A model generated the notes under the pieces. The model was not told where the DNA came from and ran no database searches. It saw only the letters and a list, made by a program, of their open reading frames with translations. Positions 35,986 through 50,925 of a stretch of DNA of 64,000 nt are shown one piece after another (position 1 is the first letter of the stretch; every line of letters begins with the position of its first letter). The DNA comes from Paragordius varius (taxonomy: Eukaryota > Animalia > Nematomorpha), in NCBI GenBank assembly GCA_964247055.1, contig OZ176054.1, positions 11,284,001 to 11,348,000 on the forward strand, read 5' to 3'. A program made the translations under genes and the position numbers.

Positions 35986-38770
35986 CTAAAAGTTACGATA
36001 AATAAAATGTAATGATAACCAAATTTATTATTGGATCAATTAATTTACAATTCAATACACTGTGAAGGCGAAAATAATAACCAGATATAAAATATATATT
36101 CTGAAAAATAGATGTTTTATGAGTTTAATGATACTTTCGGTTGAGCCTAACGAGTGATTTAAAATTAAAACCATTTTTGTTGTCACTGCCTTATATCGCA
36201 ATATGTGCACATTATGCCGATTAAAATGGTGTAAGCTAAATGCTTCATTTAAAAAAATATTACTAAAATATATCATAAACTATATAAATAATTTTTATAA
36301 AAAATTTAAAATATAAAATGTCTCAAACTTTTGGAACTAACCGCAAAAATGCCGTACGCGATTATTTATTTAATATGTGCTAAATTTTGACATCAAAATA
36401 GTTTTTCCCGAAAAAATGAATATTTTGCTGAAAAATTTATTTTTTAGCAAAATTTTGGATAATTCGTATTTTAAGAATGGTGGAAACGGTATATAAACAC
36501 TTAATGATATTGTAAAAAATTCTTTTATATATTATTTGATAATGCTGCACATTTTTATAATATCAGGATCTTATTATAGAATGTATATGACTTTAAATTT
36601 TAAATGATTTTTTTGTAACAAAAACTTATTATTCTTACATAAACATTTTGAATCAAAATTCTGAGGTAAATTTTCTGCATCATCAAATCATATAAGGGGT
36701 TCTCTCACATCGTTTCCACCTTCATAATACCAAAAAAATTCAGATCATCAAAATTTTGCTTTAATTAAAAAATCCACTTTTTAGGAAGCATTTTTTATGA
36801 CAAAATTTATTACATGTTTAAAAATTTTATCGTTTTTTTTTGATTTAGATTAAAAAATTCCATTTTAGATAAGTTTAAAATTTAAGGCTTTCGGAGTTCA
36901 CATCTAACATTTAAAATTTATAATGCATTTTTAGTTTATGATATAGCGATGTTTTTGAAATAAAGCATATAGCTTTCTCCAAAAAATTATAAGTATGTGC
37001 TTAAAATTTGCCATATAATGCAGTTACTACAAAAGTGGTAATAACTTTTACATCCACTTATAATACCCAAAACCAAAAGCACCTTGAAATTCCTGATACA
37101 TATATTAATCTAAATAATTTTAGTGTGAGCTGTGTATATTTGTGATGGAATAATTTTATGTAATAATCAATTTTTTTAAAAACTTATATAAATTGAATAT
37201 ACCTTCATGTATTATCTTATATAGACATAAAAATGGCTACTTTCTATTAGACAATGAGGCATAAACGGCTTAAAAAAAGTTTTTTATTTTAAAAGTTTAT
37301 TAAAAAAATTTATTTTATATGTATGCTTCAAACATTCACACCACCTCATTTGTATGATAAGGCGCGCTCTTTGCTTTTGATACAAAATCTTTTTCGATGA
37401 TATATTAACAAAATTACATTTTTAAGATAAATTAATCAAAAATATTTAAAAAGAGATTCCTTTAACTGCCACGATATCAATTATTATCTTAAGTCGTTAA
37501 CACACAGTTGTTTGATCAATACATTTTTAACCCATATATATTTCCTTAGTAAACAATCTACAAAATAATTATTAGCATTTAAAACATATTTCGATTTTGT
37601 CGCTTTGTAAAGAACCTTATAGTTACTATTTATTTAACTATATATTGTAAACATTACACAAAAAGTGTCAATTCAAAGATACTCACCTTTATTACATTAT
37701 AAATAAAATATTTAATGGTATGATAAATAATTACCAAAGGTTATTTTTAATGTCATGTTGCGAAGATTTCTAAGTTTGGATATTCCATTATCTAACATAT
37801 GAATAAATTTCAATCATTAAATTTTATTAACACTTCGATCAAGGTTTATAATGCTATAAGAATATAAAGCATATGATCTCAATTTAAAGCTTCAATTACA
37901 ATAAAAATAATTATATATGGCTAATTATCTATGGCTAATTATCTATCATGAACTCTCCTCATTTATTTCGAATTATTTGGAAAGGCGTTTTTATGAAAAT
38001 GGATATTTATTTGAAAATTCAGATTTTGAAAATGTTTAAATTCAAATTTTTAAACATTTTTTTTGGATAAAAGTCGGAAATCAAAAATCTAATTTTATTA
38101 CATACGCATCAAGCTAATTTAAAAATTATTATATTCAAACATTTTTTCATCATTTGTGCATGGAGCGAAAAAATATTGACTCAAAGCGTGTTTACACAAA
38201 ACTTATTTTGACCAGAATTTACCCTAAAATTATTAACAAAAATATTAATTATTGGTGTAATTTCATCCTCTATAACATAAATATATATGGATCAGGCTTT
38301 ACATGTAATCTAAAGACACATTGAGAATAAATAGGACTCGATCTATGCATAATTATATAAAGAACATGGAAAAAGAAATAAAGTTCTCCCTTAACCGTAA
38401 TTATTATCGTTCAGAGTTTGGTTTCAAAACTCTAACTTGACAAAATTGGTAAATTTATCAGTGTAAAACAATTTATATATCGACGCTGTCAAATTATTTT
38501 CTTTTAATAAAATATATGGTTGTTTTTTTAAAAAAATACAACATTTGTATAAATATATCATCTCTATGGAAATTAAGGTCACTTGACCATATATATAAAA
38601 GCACCCCAATTAATTAACAAACATTTAAAAGGTCATTTATCTATAAATATGGTGATTTTATCTGTTCTAAAATTCCATTCAAAAATTAATAAAGCGATAA
38701 TTTACTATTAAAATTATATAGTGTAATTACATGGAAAATGTTTGTTAAATATATTTAAAATTATTATTAC

Positions 38771-38858
38771 TTTTTCGTAAGGCATTTTCACATTTATAGG
38801 GTCCCAATATACATGCAACAACAATCAATAATGTGTTAATCAGATAAATTTTAGCCAT
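38771..38858 (-). CDS. Gene 2 exon 1: signal peptide
   Basis: ATG at 38858, MAKIYLINTLLIVVACILGPYKCENALRK, phase-1 donor A|GTAATA; basic-hydrophobic-polar signal-peptide pattern. Confidence 0.65.
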
Positions 38859-38892
38859 TTTAGAAAAAAAACAAATAATGAAAAAAAATTTA

Positions 38893-38930
<38 letters not shown>

Positions 38931-39829
38931 TTTTTTTATCGATACAAATCTAAAATACAAATGTACAAACTGGATATATCATCGCCCTTCGCGTATTTTT
39001 TTTTGTTAAAAACAATCAATCGAGTCTAAAAATAAGTGTAAAATTTTACAATATACATAAAAAAAACTTAATTGCGCTATCAATTATTTTAAGGTGATAT
39101 ATTAGAAGAACAATTTTATAGGTAATAAAAATTGATTCAATTACTCATTTTGTATAGTCTGAAATATTTTATCTGTAAAATAAACGATCCAATGAAATTG
39201 AGCCAGGTATATAAAACCGGATGTTTATTTGTATTTTTTTATCGTTTAAATAATAATCATAATAATAAAAATAAAAAACGAATCTTATATCAATGTAATA
39301 TATTAAAAGTATTAGGCTATTAATTCAACAAGTATTGAGCTACTCAATTAAAATATTTGAAGATAATATATGGAAAATAACTATTTTTTTTGTTTAATTT
39401 ATTATAACACGTTCAACTGCTTAAATGGCAGTCAGTATTTTAATAATTATAACAAGAGTTAATTAATACTTATACTGAGAAATAATTTACCAATTAAATA
39501 GCTTCCAATAGGGCTCATATCGGTAGAAACCTTAATTATAAATTTAAAATTTGACAATTTTTACCATGTTTTTTTTACATCAAATCAAATTAGAAGAATA
39601 GAGTTTTATACTAATTATTATATAAATTTTTAACATCACTTAATAAACTGTAAAATAAAATTGGCATGGGTTTTTTTGAAATAAGTAATGACTATTGAAA
39701 AATTATATATAAAAAATTTAATTCTTGAAATAAAATTTACTATGATCATAATTAAACATCTATTTCGCTACGTATATTAACATTAACTTGTTATTTTTTG
39801 TCAACGGAATATTACATGTTATTGAAAGA

Positions 39830-42800
39830 AATTAATTTTATGGACAAAAAATTTAGGCACATCATATATGAATTGATGTATCGTCTTTGTGTAATGGCTA
39901 GCCATTGTATCCGTATAGAAGCTGTCTGTAATATTTGCGATCCTGCCAGGCGTTATTATCAATGTTGGCAACACTTAAATCATTATTTATTGTTTTTCCC
40001 AGTTAAATGTTCTGCCCCTGCGATGGTTACCTTCGGGATGTAGGCATAAAATTTTATTTGTCCATTGTTCTGGAGCACGTTTGATGTGTCCGAAATACTA
40101 TTTTTTCTGAGCATAAATTTAAAGGTTCGATTTGGTACAGTGATGCAAATTTGAATTAGACTTATTGGTGTCGAATAGCTTTTCTATGTTCATAAGTTTT
40201 TTCTCGATTGAATCTGTCATCGGCCATATCTCGCTTTGTTTTTTGCTAATATGTGTTAATTTTTGAGCACAAATTTAAGTTGATGATTTTAGCCATGTTG
40301 GGATCTATATTGAACTTACTGGTTTATTCCACCAAGTCAATGTATGACATCGTACACGTATTTAAATTATTTACCAATTCGATTTTGGGGTATGCCATAT
40401 AAAGATATTTTATTGAAGTGGGTGAGTGATTTATTGTTTTATTTTTGCATGATTCACAAATAAATTTATCATTGTTGATTAATGTCCCTTTTATAAGCGA
40501 GGACTTTTTATGTAACCACTTATTGCATGAGGTACATAGATTGAATTAAGTTTTACATTTAAATCACATACTCCACATGGAAACTTAGGTCGTTCCTATA
40601 CAGTTTCACCCGTTATCAGCACCTTTGTTTCATTCCACCCTTTTCTAAGTGTGATTTCCAAGTGCTGTACTTTTGATTTAATTCCTCCATTGATGTTGCG
40701 GTGTGGACAATGTCGTCCGCATGATAAGTTTCCATGGTGGGCCTTGTTTTATTTCTTATGTTAGGAAATCCATTAGTAAAATGAAAAATAAAGGGCTTAG
40801 GGTGGAGCAGTGGCGAAACTACGGGAAGCTAGGGGGAGCAGTGCGGGGGGCCCAAAGCTAAAACAGGGGCCCTTTTTTATTTCTTATATTAATTTTGGCC
40901 CCCTTTTTATTTTGCGGGGGCCAAAAATTTATTATTTTTATTTACAGATATGTAAGTAATGGTTGCCTGATTGTAAGTATACTGGCAAAGAATAAAGAGA
41001 ATTATTGATCGAAGAAGAAAAAGCGAAAAATGCATTTTTTCACTATCTCAATAAGCGGTTTTATTGTTGATAATTAATAAACAGCTTTAAATTCACCATT
41101 AAAAAGTGTAAAAAATAAATATATGAGTATAGATAATTGACACCAAAAATTGAGGAAAGCTTATAAATTTTCAAATCCTGAATTATTTTGTTATAAAACC
41201 TATAGTATCATAGTTTTATGAGAATTCACAAAATTTTGACAGATGTAATTTTTTTGCCTCTGTTAAATTAAAATTATTACAAATAAAATCTCATACAATA
41301 TTCATATAGCGTAAAAATGTATTTTGGTTTTAATGTGGTGCGAAAGACAATTTACTTATTTTAATTTTTATGAGAGAATGAGTTCATGTAAATTTTAAAT
41401 TGAGTAAGAAAGAGCAAAAAATGTATTTTTTCGACTATCCATTACATTTTAGCCATAATGAAATTGTTTGTTCCTTTATTAATTTCTGAGAGTGTCTATA
41501 GTGAACAAAAAAAGGATTAAAAAAACATTCATTATAACAATATTCTCTAACAAGTAATCTCAATTTATATTTTGATTATACAATATGAAATTTAATTCAG
41601 GCCAACTCACATTAATGTCAATGCATATTACAGCAAATGATGAGACCTTAATTTTGTTAACAATTTTCAATGCATACATCGTGAAGAAATCCATTAAATT
41701 TTACAGAAGGATTGTTATTTCATATACTTTACTGTGAAGTGAATTGGCCAATATAACTGGTATACATTAATGTTCATTATTTTATAATGTTTTTATCCTT
41801 TGATGCATGTTATTTTTAAATTAATTTTAGTTCTTAAACATAAAATCGAACTTTTACCACACACTAAAATAGGGTTGGCAATTTTTTTCAGCGGGTCATT
41901 CTTAAAATTTAAAAATCTTGGCGGTCCGCACATTCATATTCCATTTAATTAGTACATTTATTGTTATTTATCAATTTCTATCAAAGTTAGATAAAATGAG
42001 TGGAAATTATCAATTCAGCTAAAAAATTTAATAATTAATTATCCAAACGATTTGAGTGAATATTTTCCGATTCAAATAGTCTCAGTTTCTAATTCGCTTA
42101 AGCATGAGATCGCTCAAATTAACAATGCCAGGCAATTTTTAGAGCTATTAATTATTAATTACTCAACAGCTTCAGCCAGTTGTGATGAAGTTATAACAGC
42201 ATTATTATTGTTTTAGACTTTACCAGTTACGGTTGCTACAGCGGAACGTTCATTCTCAAAGTTAAAAATAATTAATTATATTAGAAGCACGATGGCTGAA
42301 AAAAGGTTGAACAAATCGTTACCAGCAAATGAAGCGGAGAAATGGATAAGATATAATTAGAAAATTTGCTAACGCAATATCGAGAAGAAGAAATTTTAAA
42401 ACATCATCTTTTGATTAATACATGCTCTTAATAGGTTATTTAATTATTTTAAACTTTAAAAATGAACTTTAAGACTGAGGAATTGGCGGTGGGCGGGTGG
42501 GTACTAGCCATCATAATTCCAGGAACGCAAAACCTTTAGACTCAGGATGCCAAGAATGTAAATATTATCATTTTTTAATATTATATATCTTTACAAATCT
42601 AAGTGATACGCCAGGTGAAAAGATAATTGCAAACGATTTTGGGGGAAGGGGGGCAGTATTAAACATTGCGGGGGAAGGGGGGGGGGGCACAATTTATAGT
42701 TCCGTCACTGGAATGGAGCCTTGATACCAGATTCGTTTGGAACAAAAGTTGTGTTGCCTAGTGTTAATCTGACGCAATTTGTTGTTTTGTAATACATCAT

Positions 42801-43990
42801 TTCTATAGATTTGATTATCCAGTCATCTACGTTGTTGTATCGTAGTGTGGATATGATTAACTTCCTGGGGATAAAATCAAAAACCGTTTGAAAATCAAGA
42901 TTTCGCTAAATAATTTTCTTGCAATCTTCTCAAATTAAAGATTGCATCAATTGTGGTACTGGTAGGTTTATTGGGATATTACAATTCCTGTATGTTGCTG
43001 ATTCAGAGTTGATTCAATAATGGATTCAAAATTTTTTAACGGGGGCTCCAACAACTTTAGTGGTCTGTAGGAGGAACAAACGAGTATGTCTCCTTTGTTT
43101 TTAAAATGGGTATGGTGGTGCTTGACCAATCATTAGGGATGCGATTTGACAAGATTAGATTAATTATAATAGTTAAGGAAGGCATTGGGGTAAAGCTTTA
43201 ATCATGTCGGAGCTAAGTTCAGATGGACCAGTTGCTTTGTTATTTCTTATCTTGGCCAGGGCATCTCTTACATAGTCTGTTGTTATCAATGATCGGGGAC
43301 CGATTGCTGGTGGTTGGTTTATTTTTTCAAAATCAAGTATTTGTGCGAATTGTTCTTGGTAATATGTGGTCCAGACATTGCTTATGTCTCTCCAATCAGT
43401 TGCTAGATGTTTGTGTTTATCTTTAATATAGAAATTTGTTTTCTTTTTTATTTTTGTTAACTGAATTTATTGTTCTGAAAATCTTAAGATTTTTCATGTC
43501 TTGTTCTAGTTTTTGAGCTAAATCCAAAGCTTTTTTGTTCGCTGAAATATTGAAGGTTCGTTGTAAATTTTTATTTGATTTGATATATGATAAGTTTCTT
43601 TTATCTTTTGTAGTTATTGCTTTTTATGACTAAAGGTTTTACCAAATTTGATTGTTGCTTTCTCCTGTATATTTTCTTTCTGCCACAAAAATTAAGCAGT
43701 TTGGATAATGCTGTTTTTAAAATTATCACAAGCTTGTTGAGATGTTTTAGAGACTGAACGTTGCATTAACAGTTTTTAAGAGTTGAAGTTTAAGATCAGG
43801 AAGGTGTAGCTTTTATAAATTTATTCTGGGTTTCTGGCTACTATGGTAATAGGATTTGTTTATTGTTATTATTGCTACAATCAATTTATGTTGTGTATCA
43901 GTGAGATATGTTTTGGAATCTTTGATGAATTTTTCATCTTGTATAGGTGTTAAAATTTTATCTACCACTTGTGTAAGGTATAAATTTTAA
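39830..43990 (-). mobile_element. Degenerate non-LTR retrotransposon (RTE-like LINE), split by a hAT; ends approximate
   Basis: Minus-strand RT remnants YRPLKLLE, TIDAIFNLRRLQE, GI..GSTLSPLFFILLMD, HADDIV (about 40720), Cys motif CGVC...CTSCNKWLHKK, C-terminal RRGR motif. Confidence 0.8.
40808..42710 (+). mobile_element. Degenerate hAT (Tip100/ZMYM1-like) inserted into the LINE RT
   Basis: TIR CAGTGGCGAAACTA / TAGTTCCGTCACTG, imperfect 8-bp TSD GGGTGGAG/GAATGGAG, hATC motif TLPVTVATAERSFSKLKII at about 42217-42273. Confidence 0.85.
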
Positions 43991-45358
43991 CATGGTCATA
44001 TAACTATTTAAACCATTTATTTATTTTTTCTTACATAATAATTTTTTATAACAAAACAGCACATCCAATATCGGGGTATATAGTATTTAAACACGCAACC
44101 AATACATCCCACCTCTGATAAGATTATAATCCAACAGATTTTCGATGGGTCCTACAATATAAATATATTTATAATTATTTTGTATATGAAAAAATAATAA
44201 ACACATGTAATTTTAAATTTTACTTCAAAATAAATGAATGAAAATTAATTAATATTAAATAATAATAATCAATAAACTGTTTTTTCTGATTAGGTAGCTA
44301 TAATATAAAGATAAAAATATGAATGAAACTGGTTTTTGATAATTTGGATAAAATATATATCTAGCCTATTCTTCACCCTTAAAATTAAACTTAAATCAAC
44401 ACGTAACAAAACTCCATTAGATGGTTAACATAATTTCGAATTATTTGAAAAATACCAATGACGGCAACGACTGGACACTTGTCATAAATATAATCCATAC
44501 ATGTATCTTTCACATCTTGTGCGGTAACATCCTAAAATAATGTATTTATCACCCTGAATTATTTTATAACTTAATAATTGCAATTAATAAAATAAGATTT
44601 TAATGATTGCGCTATTGTATTTCTGGACCTTATATTAAAAATATATGCATATATTAAATTCTTCAAGTATAATATGTGTGTGAATTTAGTAATTAATAGG
44701 GGTTTAAAGCAATTTCGCGTTAAAAACTAAGAAACTGAAATTTATAGTTTTTCTCAACGTTGATATTGTAAAGGCAACTGAAAATTATGTTTAAAAAAAT
44801 TAAATCGCAAGTCTAATGTCTAATTTTTCCAAAATTTAATTAGATATAGTTCGAAGTAAATACTTTTCATTGCAAAGCAAAAAAAATGTACTAAATTTTA
44901 CATTTATTCTGGCTTCCATTTCATAGAAGGGAATACGGCGTCCATAACATAGCATATGTCTATAATTAATGAAAAAAAAAGATATATTATAATTGAAATT
45001 TAAAATATATATAAAGGATCATTCTCGAGAGTTTAAATATTTAACTATATTGGATAAAAATTATTTAAGCATTTTACTTCAATAATTAAAGAAAAAATTA
45101 CATTACATAAAAATGTGCTTTAAAAAATTTATTCAAAATTCTTCCCTTTAATATTAAAATCAACTTTAAGAAATTCAAATAAAAATCTGAAAATAAACAT
45201 AAATACTAGTTGAATCTTATAAATTAATTAAAAAAAGTTTTTATATAAATCAAGATTTTAGAATCACACTAGTATGTTTTATTTAGCTATGAAATACGTA
45301 AGTTTAGGCGATATTTAAAACCGAAATAATGCAAAAAATACAAAATGCGTGGTATATC

Positions 45359-48267
45359 TAAGGTGACCAGATTTTTTGAAGGAAAAAGCGGGACATATCT
45401 GAGAAAGGGGGGAAGGCTTGGGGGGGGGGGGGTACAACCAAAAATTTTTATAAAAAAATTATTGTTTATTTATTTTTAACACAAATCTCCATATTTATAA
45501 AAATGGAAAATGCTGGCTTTGTGATCTGTTTCCGGAAAACCGGTAGACTCATTCAAATCCAAATGTCGAAAAAATATAATCATTAATAAAAGCCACGACA
45601 ATAGCTTTGCCCTTTTTTGAGTTGGGCCCCCAGTTCGGGCCCACCCCGTGTAAAAAACGGTTTTTTTTGAAAACAGAAGTCCACAAAAATCGTGACTTTG
45701 AGATTTACCGGAGAACGTGTTGGACAATTCAATTTCAAATATGATTTTTGTTTACTTATTTCGATTGCGCCGAACATAATCGGCTCGCTTAATTTAGGAC
45801 CTCTTTTTACCCGCTCCCCCCGTAAAATGCTATTTTTTTAAAAAACAAAGTCCACAAAAATAATTTTTTGAATCTATTTTTCCCCCAAGTAAACAATATA
45901 TTAGTATGAATGCACCGTTTTAAAATTCCTATGAGATCATAGCTATTAATTAATGTTTCGAAATAATCCACATATGTAGATCCTTTTATTGTCCCTTTAT
46001 CAAATAGCATCCCCTCCCCCCAGAAATCCTAAGGACTTCCTCGGGCTGCGTAGCAGCACCAGATTTACGCTAGTACATTATAAATATAAAAAAATAATTT
46101 ATTCCTAAGTATATTTTTTATTTGAGTGAATGCGTTTAGCAGATTGTCATCTTTAAAATATTGTAGAAGTCTTCACAAGAATTCGTCAAATTATATTTGA
46201 TAGATAAAATGGCCTTTAAAGTTTCATTATTTAAATTTGATTTTTCCGATGTCCACACCTGATTTTCTGTGTAAGAAACGCGCTCAGTAGCAGCGTTTGT
46301 TCCAGGTAAAGATAGTGCAAATTCCACAATTATTAAAACATTATTGTATGGAACATAGTTTGTTTCAAAATGATGAAATATTTCTAACCATTTCTTTTCT
46401 ACTGTATTTTTTTCTGTTGTCCACAATTTAAATTTTTCATTATAAATATATTTTTTAGCTAATGATACTCAAAAAAAGATTATTTTCTGAAAGATTACTT
46501 TTTGGGAATTTTGGGGAGATGCAGATGTAATCAATGATTTTTGAACATCGCACCAATTGAATTGTAGTTTGAATGTTATCCAATGAAAATGATCAATTTC
46601 ATTGAATTGCACCGTCCAGTCTTCCAAATAATCTTTACAGTTTGTATAAAACATTTTTATATGGTACAGGATATCTTGGCGATTTATTAAGCCTTGTTTT
46701 ATTATATATAATATTGCGGACGATTAATGGTATAAAATTATTTTCTAACCTTTCGTGACATTGAAATTTTAGGTTATTAACTTCATTGGTACTTCGATTG
46801 CCGAAATTACCATCTATCAATTTAATAACATTTTAAAAGAGAGAAGCTTGATTATGTAGGAACTCTAACCATATTTGAAGAATCACTTTCAAAAAACTTT
46901 TCCAAAGTTTTAGGACATTTGTGATAAAAATTGGAATAGGAATACATTTTTAAAATTCTTTCGATAGCTAGCACAAGAGCTAACCAACGAGTTTCACAAT
47001 ATCCAAGCATTTTTTATATTGAACTTCTGCATTTTCACATAATTCCTTAAGCGTTTCAACGCGTACCATGTATATAAAAACATAGGAATGTATTTTAACA
47101 ACTACATTTTCCACATCTAGGGGTAACAAATCAGCAGCTGTTTGAATAGCGTTGTGTATTATGTGCGCTGCATACCCAACGCCAATAAAGTTTTGATGAA
47201 AGCTATTCATGAAAAATATTTTTTGGCCCCCTTTTTGCTTTTCCACCGAAGTTCGTATTGGTGTTGTCAGCGCAATATGCGATGATTTTGTCTTATTATT
47301 TTTTTCTAGAATATTGATTATTGAAGTAAAAATTATGACGGAATTTTCACCGGATAGAGAAATAAAATTTAAAATTTCTGGATTAAGATTATTTATTAAA
47401 CTGGGAAATAATTTTGTTTCCTTGTGATTTGATCCATCAGAGTAAAGCGGTATGAAATTAATTTTCAGCAAATTTTTTTGGTTTCAGAAAATGTGGTGAA
47501 ATGATATTGCATAAAATGGATTCAGCCTTTGTACGGGCGCATGTAAATTTTTTATTGGATATGGTACGAATAACCTATGAGGTACAATCTCTAGATCTAT
47601 GGGGATGATTGTGATTAACGGCGTGAAAAGATAAAACGCCTTCGGCTAGTGCCAAATTCTTTTCTTCCTCTCCAGAAGCGGTTTTATATAAACGCTCATT
47701 TTGTAAGATGATTTGCCATATCTAAACATTTTTTTCTGTGTTTCCATATGCTTTGTAATATCATGCTTGCCGCCATGTGCTAGGGTGAATTCCCCCTAAA
47801 GAACATTTAAGAATTCCTTGTTTTTTTGATAAAAGGAAATTCTTTCATTAATTTATCGTTAAATTTACAACCACTTTTTGTACTCATATTTTTAAACTAA
47901 TATTAGTATAAAAAATATTATATTACCTTGATTTTCTGGAGTAAAAGTACAAGCCACCGATTTATGGTATTAATTTGTCTTTTTGATGGTGTTGGCAGGT
48001 AATATAATTAAAATATTAGTATAAAAAATATTTTGTTACCTTAATATTTTGAAGTAAACGTATAAGCTACCCATTTGTGGTATTAATATGTCTAAAATTG
48101 ATATAGATTTTAAAACTAACTAATGATAAAAAATTTAAACGGATAAAAAAATTTTTTTATAAAAAATTTAAAATTTTTTTTTATATAATCGTGAAAAAGC
48201 GGGACATTTAAAAAGTGTAGCGGGACGCGAGACAAAGTGTGAAAAAGCGGGACTTCTGGTCACCCTA
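45359..48267 (-). mobile_element. hAT transposon (Blackjack-like), full length 2909 bp
   Basis: 13-bp TIRs TAAGGTGACCAGA / TCTGGTCACCCTA, perfect 8-bp TSD GGTATATC (45351-45358, 48268-48275), subterminal GCGGGAC motifs. Confidence 0.95.
46136..47800 (-). pseudogene. hAT transposase, fragmented
   Basis: N-terminal FTLAHGGKHDITKHMET, central GYAAHIIHNAIQTA, C-terminal hATC LSLPGTNAATERV; broken into several short ORFs. Confidence 0.9.
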
Positions 48268-48853
48268 GGTATATCTCAATTAATAAACCAGCATTGGAAA
48301 ACAGCCTAATACTTTTAAACAATATTTCATACATTAGAATAATTAAAATTTTTAATCAAAAAAATGTTTCGTAACTCACCTCCCAATATCTTCACATATA
48401 GGGGTCGATCCATTTAATTGTAAAAGCATGTTTGTTTTCAACAAATTTTTGACTCTTTCAACCTCAAAATCGGTAATTAATGTACAAAGTCGCACCCTAT
48501 ATATATATATATATATATATATTTTGATGGTTGCTTATTTCACATTATAGTTGGGCAATTTGCAACACAGTAGTGCATGGAAAAAACAACAAAATGTTGA
48601 CTAAACAATTTCATCCTCTCTTTTTTCCATACACTACTGTGTTGCGAATTGCCCAACTATAGTGTGAAATAAGAAACCATTAAAATTCACACTGTATATG
48701 TAAAAACAATTTTTATATTAATTTAAATGGATGTGCGTGTGTTATCGAAAACAATGATATTAATAATCATTTTGAACGAAAAAAACGCGCAAAATTTTGT
48801 ATATTTGAAATACATGTGATATATAAAGCCCCGTTGAAATCAATATATATTTA

Positions 48854-48889
<36 letters not shown>

Positions 48890-49984
48890 TATGATGTTAA
48901 TATTATTTGTTAGATTTTTTAGACACCATGTTGGAGATAAATGGAATTTTTAAAATTAATATTGTGTTTGAAAAGGTTATTTATATTGTTTAAAATAAGC
49001 CATATTATAAACTTTACTGGAAAACAATAATATACAGTAAAAAATAAAAATTTAAGGCTAAATTAAAAAACAGTCAGCTAACTCTTTGGCAAAAAATCAG
49101 TCGTTTACTTAAATTAAGGGCTTACACAGTAATTATTTCCTTCTGATGTTTTAATGAAACAAATCAAACCTTTATATGAGGATCGAAATTTAACTGGGTC
49201 ACTTTTTATAACGGCACTTATTGAATCATTTGCCTTGACTATTGAAAGCACCATTGATTGGAGATTATGCTAAACTTAGAGGGTAGGCGTACTATATTAT
49301 AGTCCCATATTTAAACAACTTCGGCTTTTTGGAATATTACGGGATTAGGTATCTTTAGAAGGGCTATCAAAAAATCATCAATACTGTATATATAATTGGA
49401 TAGAAATGGACCATATTCCCGATATGTAATAACATTATTTTAATAATTACTTTGAAAAGTAATATGTGAGATTTGTAAAATAATATAGTTAGCTGGAGAG
49501 TTTTGATTAGTAATATCTAATTAATCCGATAGTCTTTGAAATACACGCATTTTAATGTATGTTCAGTAATTATATTGCCAGTCAAATAACATAAATGGTT
49601 TATCCAATGCGTAAAATACTGACCCACGAAATTATTTCGTAGTACACATATGAAAGAGGATTGACGTGAGAATTAACATAGGCTTTAATTTGATGGATAT
49701 TTTGTAATATTAAATTTTGAGAATATTATAGCAATTTATGTTAACATTTGTAATATTGTTGTTACGTATTTAGATGCGGAATTTTGTGGGTTTTTATCTT
49801 TGATAAATTAATAAATAGTAAAATACGTATTTTAAGATTTTTTATGTTAATTATTCCTAAAAATAATAAATATTTTTCAACATGCTAAATACCTGTATTA
49901 ATATTGGTATTATAATTTTATATGTTATTACTAATTAAAAAAACACAAGTAAATATATATTTGTGAAAATTTAAGTAGATTTTA

Positions 49985-50925
49985 GATTTTTGTCTTTTAT
50001 GTTTTGCATTGTTAATTATTAATAATGTATTTCAAGTTTAATCAGGTAAAAATTCGGTTTTTAAATTTAGTCAAAATTAATTTTTTTTGTTTTTATGTAA
50101 CATTGTTAGTTGTAATCAATTACTACATATTTTGGACATTTTAATAAATACAGGTAAAAATTGCGGTTAATTTAGTCAAAATTTATTTTTTTTGTTTTTT
50201 ATGTAACATTGTTAGTTATAATCAATTACTACATATTTTGGACATTTTAATAAATACAGGTAAAAAGTGCGGTTTTTAATTAATTTAGTAAAAATTTAGT
50301 TTTTTTATGTTTAGGTTTTGCATTGTTAATTGTAATTAATTACTACATATTTTGGACATTATAATAAATACAGGTAAAAATTGCGGTTTTTAACAAATTT
50401 AGTAAAAATTTAGTTTTTTTTTGTTTTTAGGTTTTGCATTTTTAATTGTAATTTACTACATATTTTGGACATTTTGATTAATAAAGGTAAAAAATGAGGT
50501 TGTTTTTATTGTTAGCAAAAATTTAATTTTTTCTTGTTTTTTTATTTAATATTGTTAATTGTAATTAATTACTACTTATTTGGAAATTTTAATAAATACA
50601 GGTGAAAATGGCGGTTTTTAACAAACTTCAGTAACATTTTTTGTATTTTGTATCATTGTTATTTAATTAATTACTAAATATTTTGGACATTTTAAAAACT
50701 GGTGTAAATTGCGGTTCTTAATAAATTAGTAAAATTTTAAATTTTTTATTCAACCTTGCTAATTTATTTATCACTATATATATGTGAAACATTGATATAT
50801 ACAGGTAGAATTACTATGATTTGCGGTTTTTAAATTTTTTAAACATTATTTTGTTTTACATTGATAACTAATATAATAAATATAGTTAACATATCTGAGC
50901 AGAAAAATGCATGTTACGGTTTTAT
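49985..50925 (+). repeat. Duplicate of the 98-115-bp tandem array
   Basis: Near-identical to 2040-2985 within the large duplication. Confidence 0.9.

Noticed and set aside
38424-38609. Exon between the signal exon and exon X of gene 2
   Set aside because: Could not define phase-1 borders giving an open frame; no paralogous copy to confirm.
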